A stretch of DNA of 64,000 bases, taken from the NCBI GenBank assembly GCA_040386935.1, contig JAZKEQ010000029.1:21431-85430 (forward strand), written 5' to 3'. A program made the position numbers and the translations under genes. Within the stretch, counting starts at the first letter, position 1. Each line of letters starts with the position of its first letter. This document shows positions 30,884 through 40,348 of this stretch, one piece after another. This stretch comes from Bacteroidota bacterium (GTDB lineage: Bacteria > Bacteroidota > Bacteroidia > NS11-12g > UBA955). The notes under the pieces are model-generated. The model worked only from the letters and a program-made list of their open reading frames with translations. It had not been told where the DNA came from and searched no databases.

Positions 30884-31261
30884 TTATTCCCACTTAAGGG
30901 CACCTTTTTTAACGATATAGACAAGTCCGAGTACAAGAAAACCCATGAACATGAACATTTCAATTAATCCTGTAAGACCCAGTGTTTTAAAATTAACTGC
31001 CCAAGGATACATAAAGATTACCTCAACATCGAATAAAACAAAAAGGATAGCGACTAAAAAATATTTAATTGAAAATGGCGTTCTAGCATTTCCCTCTGAT
31101 TCAATACCACATTCGAATGCTTCACCTTTTATTTTTGAGTTTTTCTTAGGACCCAAAACGTGGGTGGCCACCATTGTAGTGACAATAAAACCCAAGGCAA
31201 CAATAAACATAAAAACGATGGGGATGTAGTCGTGGAGCGTGTTGACAATAAGGTAAGGCAT
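30884..31261 (-). CDS. nuoA: NADH-quinone oxidoreductase subunit A. The start was moved to the internal ATG (MPYLIVN...). The ORF track extends to 31327.
   Basis: It is a ~125 aa ND3-family protein with three TM helices. It is the first gene of the nuo cluster. Confidence 0.8.
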   Translation of the reverse strand: MPYLIVNTLHDYIPIVFMFIVALGFIVTTMVATHVLGPKKNSKIKGEAFECGIESEGNARTPFSIKYFLVAILFVLFDVEVIFMYPWAVNFKTLGLTGLIEMFMFMGFLVLGLVYIVKKGALKWE

Positions 31262-31483
31262 ACTTATAGGTAGGTATTTCAGTAAATTTTTACCGCAAAA
31301 ATAGGTTTTCTTAACGAACAAAATCATTTCGTATGTAAAAATATTTTATAATACGAAAGCAGGTGTTTTTTCAGCCTATTTTACCGGGTGAAAACACCTA
31401 AAAATTTGGACGTTTAAGCAAATTCTTTAATGCCTTAAAATTAATCAAAGGTAATTCATAAAATTAAGAAGAATGGATTGAAT

Positions 31484-33730
31484 CTAAATGCCCAGATTCA
31501 AGGCATCATTGGGTTGCCCAAATTCATCTGTGACATCCACCTCACTGTATTCACCACAATTGTATTCAATGCCAAGTTCATGTTCGGGTTTTGGTATTGG
31601 TTCGAGTTTAATGCCGAGTTTAGGATCGGCTTTTGCAGCATTAATAAAATAGGCAAATATCGGCAAAGCTGCGTGTGCACCCTGCCCATAATTCGTACTT
31701 CTGAAACGCACCTTGCGACTGTCGCAACCCACCCATGTGGCGCATACCAAATCTTTGGTAACACCCATGAACCAGCCATCGCTGTTACTTTGAGTCGTGC
31801 CTGTTTTACCGCCTACCCAACCCTGAACACCGTATTTGCTGTGCAGTCTTTGGCCGGTGCCTCTTTTGCAAACACCTTCCAGCAATTGACACATTACAAA
31901 TGCTTTCTCTTCATTTAATACCTGCTTGATTTCCTGAGGTGAAAACTCAGCCAGAATATTGCCGTTTTTATCTTCAATTCTTGTGATATAAGTGGGTTCT
32001 ATCCAATACCCTTTATTGGCGAATGTTGAAAATGCACCTGCCATATCAAATGGCGATATATCTGTAACACCCAAACAAATAGAAGGAACAGGATCAAGCT
32101 TGGCGCTATCGATCCCCATTTTTCTTACAAATTCTATCACAGTTTCTGGGGCACGGTCACCCATGGTTTTCATTACCTGTGCTACAATGCAGTTGGTAGA
32201 TGTAGCCAAACCGCGGTACATATTCATACTGCCTCCACTGCTGCCATCACTGTTATGCACCACCCATTTGCCAAAGTCAGGCGCTGAGTTAGGGAACTGT
32301 GTGCAGGGAGAAATTTTATTGTCAATGGCCAATGCGTATACAAATGGTTTGAAGGTAGAACCTACCTGACGGCCTGCACCTTTATTGACATGGTCGTACT
32401 GGAAATAGTGGTGATTAATACCACCCACCCAAGCTTTTACCTGACCTGTACTTGGTTGAATAGCAATAAAGCCTGTGTGAAGGAATTTCTTCATGTATTT
32501 GATGGAATCCAATGGACTCATCATGGTATCGCGGTCGCCATTCCAACTGAATACAGTCATTTTAACTTTGGTACGGCACACTTTCATGATGCTTGCTGTG
32601 TCTTTTCCGTAAGATTTTTTTAGCAAGGCATAGCGTGGCGTTTTGCGCAATTCCTGAACGGGATAATCAGTCAATACTTTCCAGTTTTCATCGCGCCACG
32701 GTTGTTTGCCTTCCCAGCTTTTATCAAATGTTTTTTGTAAATCTTTTAAATGTTTGGCAGCAGCATTTTCAGCGTATTGTTGTAAGCGCGAATTAATGGT
32801 CGTATAAATTTTCAAACCATCTTTATAAAGATTGTATTTTTCACCATTTGGTTTGGTGTGTTCATTGCACCATTTAGTCAAATCGCGTTTTAAATACTCT
32901 CTGAAATACACCGCCATTCCTTCGTTGTGATCCTCATATTGATAATCCAGCTTGATGGGTGTATTTTTTAATTTTTCAAATTCTTCATCTGTCAATTTAT
33001 TGTTCCGTTTCATTTGACCCAAAACAGTATTTCTTCTCGACATCGCATTTTCAGGATTGCGTTTTGGATTGTACATGGAGATACCTTTTAATACCCCTAC
33101 AAGTATGGCACATTCTTCTGTTTTTAAATCAGCAGGAGCTTTGTTGAAAAATTCCTTGGCAGCAGATTTGATGCCGAATGATGAACCCGAAAAGCGCACA
33201 GTATTTAAATACATGCTGGCTATTTCTTCTTTGGTATAACGTCTTTCTAATTTTACAGCAATTACCCATTCTTTAAGTTTTTGTGCAATACGCACCACCA
33301 CATTGGGACGCTCGCCTTCATCATAATGGAACAGGTTTTTAGCAAGCTGTTGAGTAATGGTACTGGCACCGCCATTTGAACCGAATCCGGCCACTGCACC
33401 AACTAAGCGTTTGGCATCTATGCCTGAATGGGTATAAAAGCGTTCGTCTTCGGTTGAAATCAACGCATCAAACATTTTAGGTGAAATTTCTTTGAATGAT
33501 ACGTATGATCTTTTTTGAATATAATATTGGCCCATCATCACACCATCTTCGCTATACAATTCGCTGGCAAGTGCACTTCTTGGATTCTCTAGTTCTTCGA
33601 TGTCGGGCATGTGTCCGAGTATGCCAAAACCAACTAAAATAAAGAATACAGGAATGGCAATTAAAAAGTAAATAAAAAATCGCCAGAATTTTCTGATGAT
33701 ATTGGGTGATTGATTCGAAGGTTTGTTCAT
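31484..33730 (-). CDS. mrcA: Penicillin-binding protein 1A, a bifunctional glycosyltransferase/transpeptidase. The start was moved to MNKPSN. The track ORF extends to 33796 and would overlap the upstream gene.
   Basis: GT51 motifs (EDERFYTHSGID, GASTITQQ) are present. Transpeptidase motifs (GSTFKP, KTGT) are present. The N-terminal signal-anchor is present. Confidence 0.85.
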   Translation of the reverse strand: MNKPSNQSPNIIRKFWRFFIYFLIAIPVFFILVGFGILGHMPDIEELENPRSALASELYSEDGVMMGQYYIQKRSYVSFKEISPKMFDALISTEDERFYTHSGIDAKRLVGAVAGFGSNGGASTITQQLAKNLFHYDEGERPNVVVRIAQKLKEWVIAVKLERRYTKEEIASMYLNTVRFSGSSFGIKSAAKEFFNKAPADLKTEECAILVGVLKGISMYNPKRNPENAMSRRNTVLGQMKRNNKLTDEEFEKLKNTPIKLDYQYEDHNEGMAVYFREYLKRDLTKWCNEHTKPNGEKYNLYKDGLKIYTTINSRLQQYAENAAAKHLKDLQKTFDKSWEGKQPWRDENWKVLTDYPVQELRKTPRYALLKKSYGKDTASIMKVCRTKVKMTVFSWNGDRDTMMSPLDSIKYMKKFLHTGFIAIQPSTGQVKAWVGGINHHYFQYDHVNKGAGRQVGSTFKPFVYALAIDNKISPCTQFPNSAPDFGKWVVHNSDGSSGGSMNMYRGLATSTNCIVAQVMKTMGDRAPETVIEFVRKMGIDSAKLDPVPSICLGVTDISPFDMAGAFSTFANKGYWIEPTYITRIEDKNGNILAEFSPQEIKQVLNEEKAFVMCQLLEGVCKRGTGQRLHSKYGVQGWVGGKTGTTQSNSDGWFMGVTKDLVCATWVGCDSRKVRFRSTNYGQGAHAALPIFAYFINAAKADPKLGIKLEPIPKPEHELGIEYNCGEYSEVDVTDEFGQPNDALNLGI

Positions 33731-33740
33731 TGATGCTGTT

Positions 33741-36371
33741 TTAGTTTGGGTAGGAGGCTTTGTAAAAAGGAATGTAATCGTCAATTTTTGTTTCACCCAT
33801 CAATATGGCAAAGTTGTCTTTGCTGATGAGGTAATGTTGAAACTGATCCTTGGTCGGAAATTCACTAAACAAAGTTGAATTGCCTTTTACCTGTTCTATA
33901 AATTCTTTAGCGCGTGCTAATGTTTTAAAATTATTGACAATCAATACCTGCGACTGTCCGCCTAATATGCTGTTGGTTATCTGCAATTCATCAAGTCCAA
34001 ATTGACTTTTATTGAAATTGCTGAAGAGCGTTTTCAGTTGACTCATGTTCACTCCTTGCGGTACTACCAGCATATAAAAATGGGGACTGTTTTCGTCATA
34101 TTTATATTTGCTGTTATTGTTAGTATTCTCAACTTTTTGTTCCGATTTTGGTTTCTTTGAATTGAGAATGACCAATGTTTCTGCTGCTTGTTTGCCAATA
34201 TCCGTATCAGGGTAATTGTCGACTATGGCTTTTAATTTTTTCTCAAATGTTGCCATATCACCCTGCTCAGCAATAATCAAAGCTTCCAGATAATCGAAAT
34301 TAACCTGCAAAGGATTGCCTGTGTAGCGTGTGTCATTTTCTTTCTTATACTCTAAAGCCTGGGCAAATTGTTTGCTTTTATAGGCCTGATAAGTTTTCTT
34401 ATACAACTGTTCTATTTCATCGTCTGTTTTATTGACAGATTGATTGGCACTTGAATCACTTGTTGTATTGGTCAACACATCAATAAAGGTGCTTTTTGGG
34501 TCCGCTTTTTTAATCAGGTCGAGGTAGTAATTGTATTGTTCTTCGTGGCCCTGCTCTTTATTGATTTTAGCAAGCAGATACCATGCATTAATTTCAAACT
34601 TGTTTTTAGGATATTTTTTCAATAATTCCTCCAGCATTTTTTTTGCTTTTTCCGGTTCACCTAGACTTTGATAATACACATTGGCTCCAAGAAAATAGGA
34701 TTCGGCTATCTCGTCTTTCAGCTTTTGTTTGTCGGCTGCAGTAAAGGGTATATTGGTGTAGTATTTCTTTCTTTCTTCAGGCACATCTGCCAATAACTCA
34801 TTTCTTTTTTCATTGCCGGGATCAATCGTTTCCTGTTCATCATTGATCTTTTTGTAGACAGCACTTTTGTTGCTGCTGATGGCCCAAAATTCTGTTAATT
34901 CTCTGTTGCCCCAAATACGTTGAAAGTCTTGCAAACCCTTAGTTTTAGCGGCCTGATTGTAAAATGGAAAATTGGTGGAGACGATTTGAGTGGATGGCGA
35001 TTGAGTCAGTAATTGCTGTTGAATTTTTTGTCGCTCCTCGAGTAATTTTTGTTCTTCCGCTTTGCGTTTTTCATCGGCAATTATGCGATCGATGGTTTTC
35101 TCTCTCAGTGCTTCATTATCTCCTAAACGCAATAAACTGTCTTTCTCTTTGATATTAATCAAGTGCTTAATCAATTCATTCAACACCTGATTTTTAGCAA
35201 TAACATTGTTGTAATCCGGATTCGATTTGTCTATTGATCTGGCGGCACTGTCGTAGTAAACCTGCGCGTTTAGATAATCCTGGCGTTTGAAATACAAGTC
35301 GGCAAGTGCAAGATAAGCACTGCTCTTAATATTGAGATCATTGGCTTTACTTCTCAGTGAATTGGTATATTCAACAATGGCCATGGTTTCGTTTTTATCG
35401 GCCAATTCAAGATTACCCAATTCGTAATAAATCTGATCAAAGTAATCAATGTTCTTATCGTCCTTTAACATCACTCTAAGTGTAGACATGGCATTTCTAA
35501 CCTCGCTTCTGTTTTTGATGTTAATGGCCTTTGCCATGTTTAATTTGGCATTAAAGGCAAACTCGTAAGGCGGATTCAGTTTTACAACTTTTTTATAACG
35601 GTCATTCGATTCACCGGTCTTTTTGATGAGACCGTATAATTGTGCCAGTACAAAATTGTATCTGATTTTTTTCGGTTTGTTTTTAAACTTCGGGATAGCG
35701 CCTTCCAATAATTTGATGGCAACTAAATATTTTTTCTGACGGATATTGATAGATGCACCTGCAATATCGAGTTGAGGCTTCAGTTTAGCCGGAAAGTCTT
35801 TTCTGTTGTTAATTCGGGTGTAAAGTGCTTCAGCATCTTCGTATTTCTTTAACTGAATATAAGTCACCAGCAAATTGATTTCAGCTTTAGCAGCAGGTAT
35901 TGTATTTTTAAAATTGCCCGCTACATATTCGTAAACTTCTATCGCGGCATAAAAATCGCCTTTGTAAAACTGGGCATTGCCCATGTGAAGATAACTGTCG
36001 TCCACCCATTTTGATTTGCTGTGCTTGTCAATAATGTGAGAACATTTCTTCAGCACTTCATCCATTTTAGCGGCATTGCCTTTCAGAGATGCAGCATCAC
36101 CGATAGGGTAAAGTGAAAGTACATCCTTGAAATTGTCTTTATATGCCAGCAGGGTATTGTCTTCAGCCTCAATTATCAATACATCCGAATTGTAGTAGTA
36201 ATTGTAATGCGCTAAAGAGTTATGCCATTGTTTGGAAAACCAACTTTGGCCTGATACATTCAATACGAGAATAAACAGAACACATGATAATATTATTTTT
36301 TTGGCCTGATACAAAATTCTTTTTATTTTGGTTAACTTTGAAAACGCAAATTTATTATTTGATAAGCACAT
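33741..36371 (-). CDS. Large TPR-repeat protein or lipoprotein. It may be a SprE/PorW-like T9SS/gliding accessory protein. The true start may be TTG 36314, because the ATG at 36371 sits 8 bp from the divergent M23 start.
   Basis: It is 876 aa. It has a signal/lipobox-like N-terminus (IILSCVLFILVLNVSG). It has many TPR-like A/Y/L-rich helices and a central Lys/Glu-rich coiled segment. Confidence 0.55.
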   Translation of the reverse strand: MCLSNNKFAFSKLTKIKRILYQAKKIILSCVLFILVLNVSGQSWFSKQWHNSLAHYNYYYNSDVLIIEAEDNTLLAYKDNFKDVLSLYPIGDAASLKGNAAKMDEVLKKCSHIIDKHSKSKWVDDSYLHMGNAQFYKGDFYAAIEVYEYVAGNFKNTIPAAKAEINLLVTYIQLKKYEDAEALYTRINNRKDFPAKLKPQLDIAGASINIRQKKYLVAIKLLEGAIPKFKNKPKKIRYNFVLAQLYGLIKKTGESNDRYKKVVKLNPPYEFAFNAKLNMAKAINIKNRSEVRNAMSTLRVMLKDDKNIDYFDQIYYELGNLELADKNETMAIVEYTNSLRSKANDLNIKSSAYLALADLYFKRQDYLNAQVYYDSAARSIDKSNPDYNNVIAKNQVLNELIKHLINIKEKDSLLRLGDNEALREKTIDRIIADEKRKAEEQKLLEERQKIQQQLLTQSPSTQIVSTNFPFYNQAAKTKGLQDFQRIWGNRELTEFWAISSNKSAVYKKINDEQETIDPGNEKRNELLADVPEERKKYYTNIPFTAADKQKLKDEIAESYFLGANVYYQSLGEPEKAKKMLEELLKKYPKNKFEINAWYLLAKINKEQGHEEQYNYYLDLIKKADPKSTFIDVLTNTTSDSSANQSVNKTDDEIEQLYKKTYQAYKSKQFAQALEYKKENDTRYTGNPLQVNFDYLEALIIAEQGDMATFEKKLKAIVDNYPDTDIGKQAAETLVILNSKKPKSEQKVENTNNNSKYKYDENSPHFYMLVVPQGVNMSQLKTLFSNFNKSQFGLDELQITNSILGGQSQVLIVNNFKTLARAKEFIEQVKGNSTLFSEFPTKDQFQHYLISKDNFAILMGETKIDDYIPFYKASYPN

Positions 36372-36378
36372 TTTTTAC

Positions 36379-37287
36379 ATGGAAAAGAAACAAGAGAAAA
36401 GAAAATTCCTAAAAAAGCTTAAAAACAAGTACCGTTTGTTGATTATCAACGAAACAAATTTCCAGGAGAAAACATCCTTAAGTCTCTCTCCGGGTAACGT
36501 TTTGCTCATTGCATCAGCAGGATTACTATTGTTTTCACTCATCAGTTGGGGAATATACACTATTTTTCCTTCGGTAAAAGATTATGCACCGGGTTACGCT
36601 CAAAATTTTGACGGAAGGATGAAAAATGAAGTGTTGAGTAAAATGCGTCAATTGGAAGGTAAACTGACAATTGCTGAAAAAAGAGAATTGGCAATGAAAC
36701 AGATTATTGCGGGAGAGGATGTAACCGCCTATGATTTGCCTTACAAAGCAGATAAAAGCCGTTCGGTAGAATTGGGCATCAATGAAACTAAGGCTGATGG
36801 GGACAGGGTAAACAATGCTCAGGCCATTATTCAAAATGCCAAGAAACAAGAAGAACAGCAGAAACCAATGGTGAATCAAGGTGTGGCTGAAAAACCTGAA
36901 CAAAGTGATTTATTGGGTAGTGAGTTATTGTTTTTTACACCTGTTAACGGAACTGTAATTGCTGATTTTAATGCAGGGGTAAGACCTTATATAGAGATTT
37001 TTACAAATGGAGAGCAGGCCATCAAGGCTGCCATGGAAGGCACTGTTATCTTTAATGGCTGGACACCGGAAAACGGCTATGTAATTTCAATTCAGCACCG
37101 CAACAATTGGATATCGACTTATAAACACAACGCCACTTTGTACAAGGAAACAGGCGCCTTGGTAAAAGCGGGTGAAACAATTGCCATTGTTGCCGAAACA
37201 GCGAAAACAGGTAAGAAAAATAATTTTCGTTTCGAATTGTGGCACAACGGTATTGCAGTTAATCCATTGAATTACATTTCTTTTTAA
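36379..37287 (+). CDS. M23 (LytM-type) peptidase with an N-terminal membrane anchor.
   Basis: The C-terminal M23 motif block is present (GWTPENGYVISIQHRNNWISTYKHNATLYKETGALVKAGETIAIVAETAK...FELWHNG). Confidence 0.75.
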   Translation: MEKKQEKRKFLKKLKNKYRLLIINETNFQEKTSLSLSPGNVLLIASAGLLLFSLISWGIYTIFPSVKDYAPGYAQNFDGRMKNEVLSKMRQLEGKLTIAEKRELAMKQIIAGEDVTAYDLPYKADKSRSVELGINETKADGDRVNNAQAIIQNAKKQEEQQKPMVNQGVAEKPEQSDLLGSELLFFTPVNGTVIADFNAGVRPYIEIFTNGEQAIKAAMEGTVIFNGWTPENGYVISIQHRNNWISTYKHNATLYKETGALVKAGETIAIVAETAKTGKKNNFRFELWHNGIAVNPLNYISF

Positions 37288-37304
37288 TATTATTGCAGTA
37301 GGAA

Positions 37305-37694
37305 ATGCTCAACAAAAACAACAAATCAGAAAACAATCAAGGGTCGGCCTTGAATATGGTAGGTACAGGTACCCTGGTAAAGGGTGATATGACTTCGGAT
37401 GGCGACTTGAGAGTTGACGGCAGAATACACGGCAATGTGCATTCAAAATCGAAAATTGCACTGGGTGCAAGTGCAGAAATTATTGGTAATACAATAGCCA
37501 GAAGTGCAGATATTTCAGGCAAAATAGAAGGTGACCTCGAAATCAGTGAAACGCTTTTTTTAAGAGCAACATCAAGAATTATAGGCAATATCAAAACGTC
37601 TAAAATCATCATTGAAAGCGGAGCGATATTTAATGGCAGTTGCTATATGAATAAGTCGGATGCAGTGCCATCATCGACTTCAACACAATCCTAA
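37305..37694 (+). CDS. Bactofilin (DUF583) cytoskeletal protein.
   Basis: It is 129 aa with beta-helical bactofilin repeats (LVKGDMTSDGDLRVDGRIHGNVHSKSKIALGASAEIIGNTIARSADISGKIEGDLEI). Confidence 0.75.
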   Translation: MLNKNNKSENNQGSALNMVGTGTLVKGDMTSDGDLRVDGRIHGNVHSKSKIALGASAEIIGNTIARSADISGKIEGDLEISETLFLRATSRIIGNIKTSKIIIESGAIFNGSCYMNKSDAVPSSTSTQS

Positions 37695-37892
37695 TTGAAA
37701 AAGAAAGCCCCCTTATCCGGTTATGCCAAATATTCCGCGATTGGTCTTCAAATGGGGGGAATTATTGCCATCATGACTTTTCTAGGTCGTTACCTCGACA
37801 GTTTTAAATGGCTGGAATTTCCTGTATTTACAATTGTCGGCATTCTGGTTGGCGTATTCGGGGCCATGTACTATATCATCAAACAACTTTAA
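37695..37892 (+). CDS. AtpZ/AtpI-family small membrane protein (putative F0F1 ATPase accessory subunit).
   Basis: It is 65 aa with two TM helices (GYAKYSAIGLQMGGIIAIMTFLGRYLD...). Its start codon directly abuts the bactofilin stop. It sits immediately upstream of atpB. Confidence 0.55.
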   Translation: MKKKAPLSGYAKYSAIGLQMGGIIAIMTFLGRYLDSFKWLEFPVFTIVGILVGVFGAMYYIIKQL

Positions 37893-38293
37893 TGAAAAAT
37901 TTAAAAATATACATCTTTACAGTACTGTTAATCGTTGCAGCGTGGTGTTTTCCTGTAACACTGATTTCGATGAACAATAAATACTGGTTGACAGCAGCCA
38001 TTCTTTTTTTTATGGTCAATACCCTGTTTTCGCTTTATAAAATTAAGGGTGCTTTAACGGCAAATCAATCCCGATTCAATGCCACCTATTTTGGCTCCAT
38101 GGGATTGAAAATGATTTGCGCCTTTATTTTTATTGTTATGTATTTAAAATTCAGCGAGTTGTTAAATAAGGGCGTTTTACTTGGAATGGTTTGTATATAT
38201 TTTATCTACATGGGCTTTGAAATTCAATTTATCCTTTATAAATTGCGCACCAATTCAGAAAAATCTCAAAATGGTGATGATGCGCGAAAATAA
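37892..38293 (+). CDS. Hydrophobic membrane protein (~133 aa), AtpI-like, in the atp operon. The start was moved to an ATG that overlaps the preceding stop.
   Basis: It has four predicted TM helices. It sits between the AtpZ-like gene and atpB and overlaps both. Confidence 0.45.
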   Translation: MKNLKIYIFTVLLIVAAWCFPVTLISMNNKYWLTAAILFFMVNTLFSLYKIKGALTANQSRFNATYFGSMGLKMICAFIFIVMYLKFSELLNKGVLLGMVCIYFIYMGFEIQFILYKLRTNSEKSQNGDDARK

Positions 38294-39464
38294 AGGACTT
38301 TCAATTTTAACAAAACTAAAATTATTCATACTAATTCCGGTTTTCACGCTTTTTTCTCCTCTTTTTCTATCGGCCCATGGCCACGAAACGGATACAGCAA
38401 CGACAGTTCAAGCTGCGCATGTAGCAGAAACTGAACACAGTACCGAAGCACATGGCGAAAAAGCAGAAGAATTTAATCCAGGTGATATGATTCTTGATCA
38501 CGTGAAAGATGCTCACGACTGGCACATTTTAGATTGGAACGGACATGCAGTAAGCATCCCACTTCCTGTTATATTATATGACAACGGATTACACATCTTT
38601 TCTTCATCAAAATTCGAACACGGTCACGCTGTAGCAGAAAGCAAAGGCAATTTCTACAAACTACACGAAGGGCATATTTATTCAACTGACGCTTCAGGTG
38701 CTATTCAAACCGGTGAAGAAAATGCAATATTAAATGCTAAGCCGCTTGACTTCTCAATTACTAAGAACGTACTGGCCTTATTTATAGGCGCTATATTAAT
38801 GCTGGTTATTTTCCTTTCAGTTGCAAAAGCATACAAAAATAGAGGACAGAAAGCCCCTAAAGGATTACAATCTTTAGTTGAGCCATTGATTATCTTCTTA
38901 AGAGACGAAGTGGTAAAACCTTCAGTAGGTAAACACTACGGTCGTTTTATGCCATTGCTGCTCAGCATATTCTTCTTTATCTTTATTAATAACCTGATGG
39001 GATTAATTCCAATCTTCCCTTTCGGTGCTAATTTGACCGGTAACATAGCAGTTACAATGATATTGGCGATTATCGTATTCTTTGTTGTCAATTTCTCAGC
39101 CAACAAATACTACTGGAAACATATTTTTATGCCTGATGTACCTATCGGTATGTGGGTATTGCTGATTCCGATTGAAATTTTAGGTGTGGTTTTAAAACCA
39201 TTCGTATTGATGTTGCGTTTGTTCGCTAACATTACTGCGGGTCACATCATCATTCTCGGTTTCTTCAGTTTGATATTTATCTTTGGGCAAAAAAGCGTTG
39301 TTGCCGGTTACGGTACCTCTGTTTTGTCAGTTGCCTTTACATTGTTCATGAGCGTATTGGAATTGCTTGTTGCATTCCTGCAAGCTTATGTATTTACACT
39401 GTTGACTTCCCTATACATAGGTTCAGCAGTTGAAGAACACCACCACGCAGAAGACCATCATTAA
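38271..39464 (+). CDS. atpB: F0F1 ATP synthase subunit a. The start was moved to the MVMMRENKG Met. The track ORF begins at 38181.
   Basis: The C-terminal half carries the conserved subunit-a helices (LRLFANITAGHIII...). It has an N-terminal signal-like segment and a His/Glu-rich periplasmic extension. The C-terminus ends EEHHHAEDHH. Confidence 0.85.
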   Translation: MVMMRENKGLSILTKLKLFILIPVFTLFSPLFLSAHGHETDTATTVQAAHVAETEHSTEAHGEKAEEFNPGDMILDHVKDAHDWHILDWNGHAVSIPLPVILYDNGLHIFSSSKFEHGHAVAESKGNFYKLHEGHIYSTDASGAIQTGEENAILNAKPLDFSITKNVLALFIGAILMLVIFLSVAKAYKNRGQKAPKGLQSLVEPLIIFLRDEVVKPSVGKHYGRFMPLLLSIFFFIFINNLMGLIPIFPFGANLTGNIAVTMILAIIVFFVVNFSANKYYWKHIFMPDVPIGMWVLLIPIEILGVVLKPFVLMLRLFANITAGHIIILGFFSLIFIFGQKSVVAGYGTSVLSVAFTLFMSVLELLVAFLQAYVFTLLTSLYIGSAVEEHHHAEDHH

Positions 39465-39471
39465 TTTATAA

Positions 39472-39750
<279 letters not shown>

Positions 39751-39834
39751 TATCACGGAGATACACAGATTAGCAGGAAAGGGTAAAACACCGCTTTCCT
39801 GCTGATTTTACATTAATTAAAAACAAACAAAAAA

Positions 39835-40344
39835 ATGGATTTAGTATTACCCGGTTTAGGTCTTACCTTTTGGATGGTATTGGTATTCGGCTTGCTGATG
39901 TTCCTGCTGAAAAAGTTTGCGTGGAAACCGATTTTAACTGCATTACACGAAAGAGAAAACTCAATCGAAGAAGCATTGAAATCAGCTGAAACTGCCCGCG
40001 AGCAAATGGCAAAACTTCAAAGCGACAACGAAGCCATGCACAAACAGGCTAGGGAAGAACGCGACCAAATATTGAAAGAGGCTAGAGAAATGAAAGAGAA
40101 CATCATTTCTGAAGCAAGAAAAGCTGCTGATGTTGAAGGCAAACGCATGATACAAAAAGCAACTGAAGAAATTAATAAGCAAAAGGCAAATGCCATTGCT
40201 GAATTAAAAGGTCAGGTGGCGAGCCTTTCAGTAAATATTGCTGAAAAACTAATCGGCAATCAATTGTCAAATAATGCGGATCAACAAAGCATTATTGCCA
40301 ATCAAGTGAATAACCTGAACAACAACCAACAAGCTATCGCATAA
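39835..40344 (+). CDS. atpF: F0F1 ATP synthase subunit b.
   Basis: It has a single N-terminal TM helix followed by a long charged coiled coil. It sits between atpE and atpH. Confidence 0.8.
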   Translation: MDLVLPGLGLTFWMVLVFGLLMFLLKKFAWKPILTALHERENSIEEALKSAETAREQMAKLQSDNEAMHKQAREERDQILKEAREMKENIISEARKAADVEGKRMIQKATEEINKQKANAIAELKGQVASLSVNIAEKLIGNQLSNNADQQSIIANQVNNLNNNQQAIA

Positions 40345-40348
40345 TCTA

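Noticed and set aside
38181-38270. Extended atpB start (MEWFVYILSTWALKF...).
   Set aside because: This extension overlaps the preceding membrane protein gene by >100 bp. The internal MVMMRENKG start gives a signal-like N-terminus and a normal operon overlap.
37808-38293. ORF-track protein beginning MAGISCIYNCRHSG, which would overlap the AtpZ-like gene by 85 bp.
   Set aside because: The N-terminal 28 codons are read-through of the preceding gene in another frame context. The ATG at 37892, which overlaps the upstream stop, gives a sensible all-membrane protein. I kept the shorter call.
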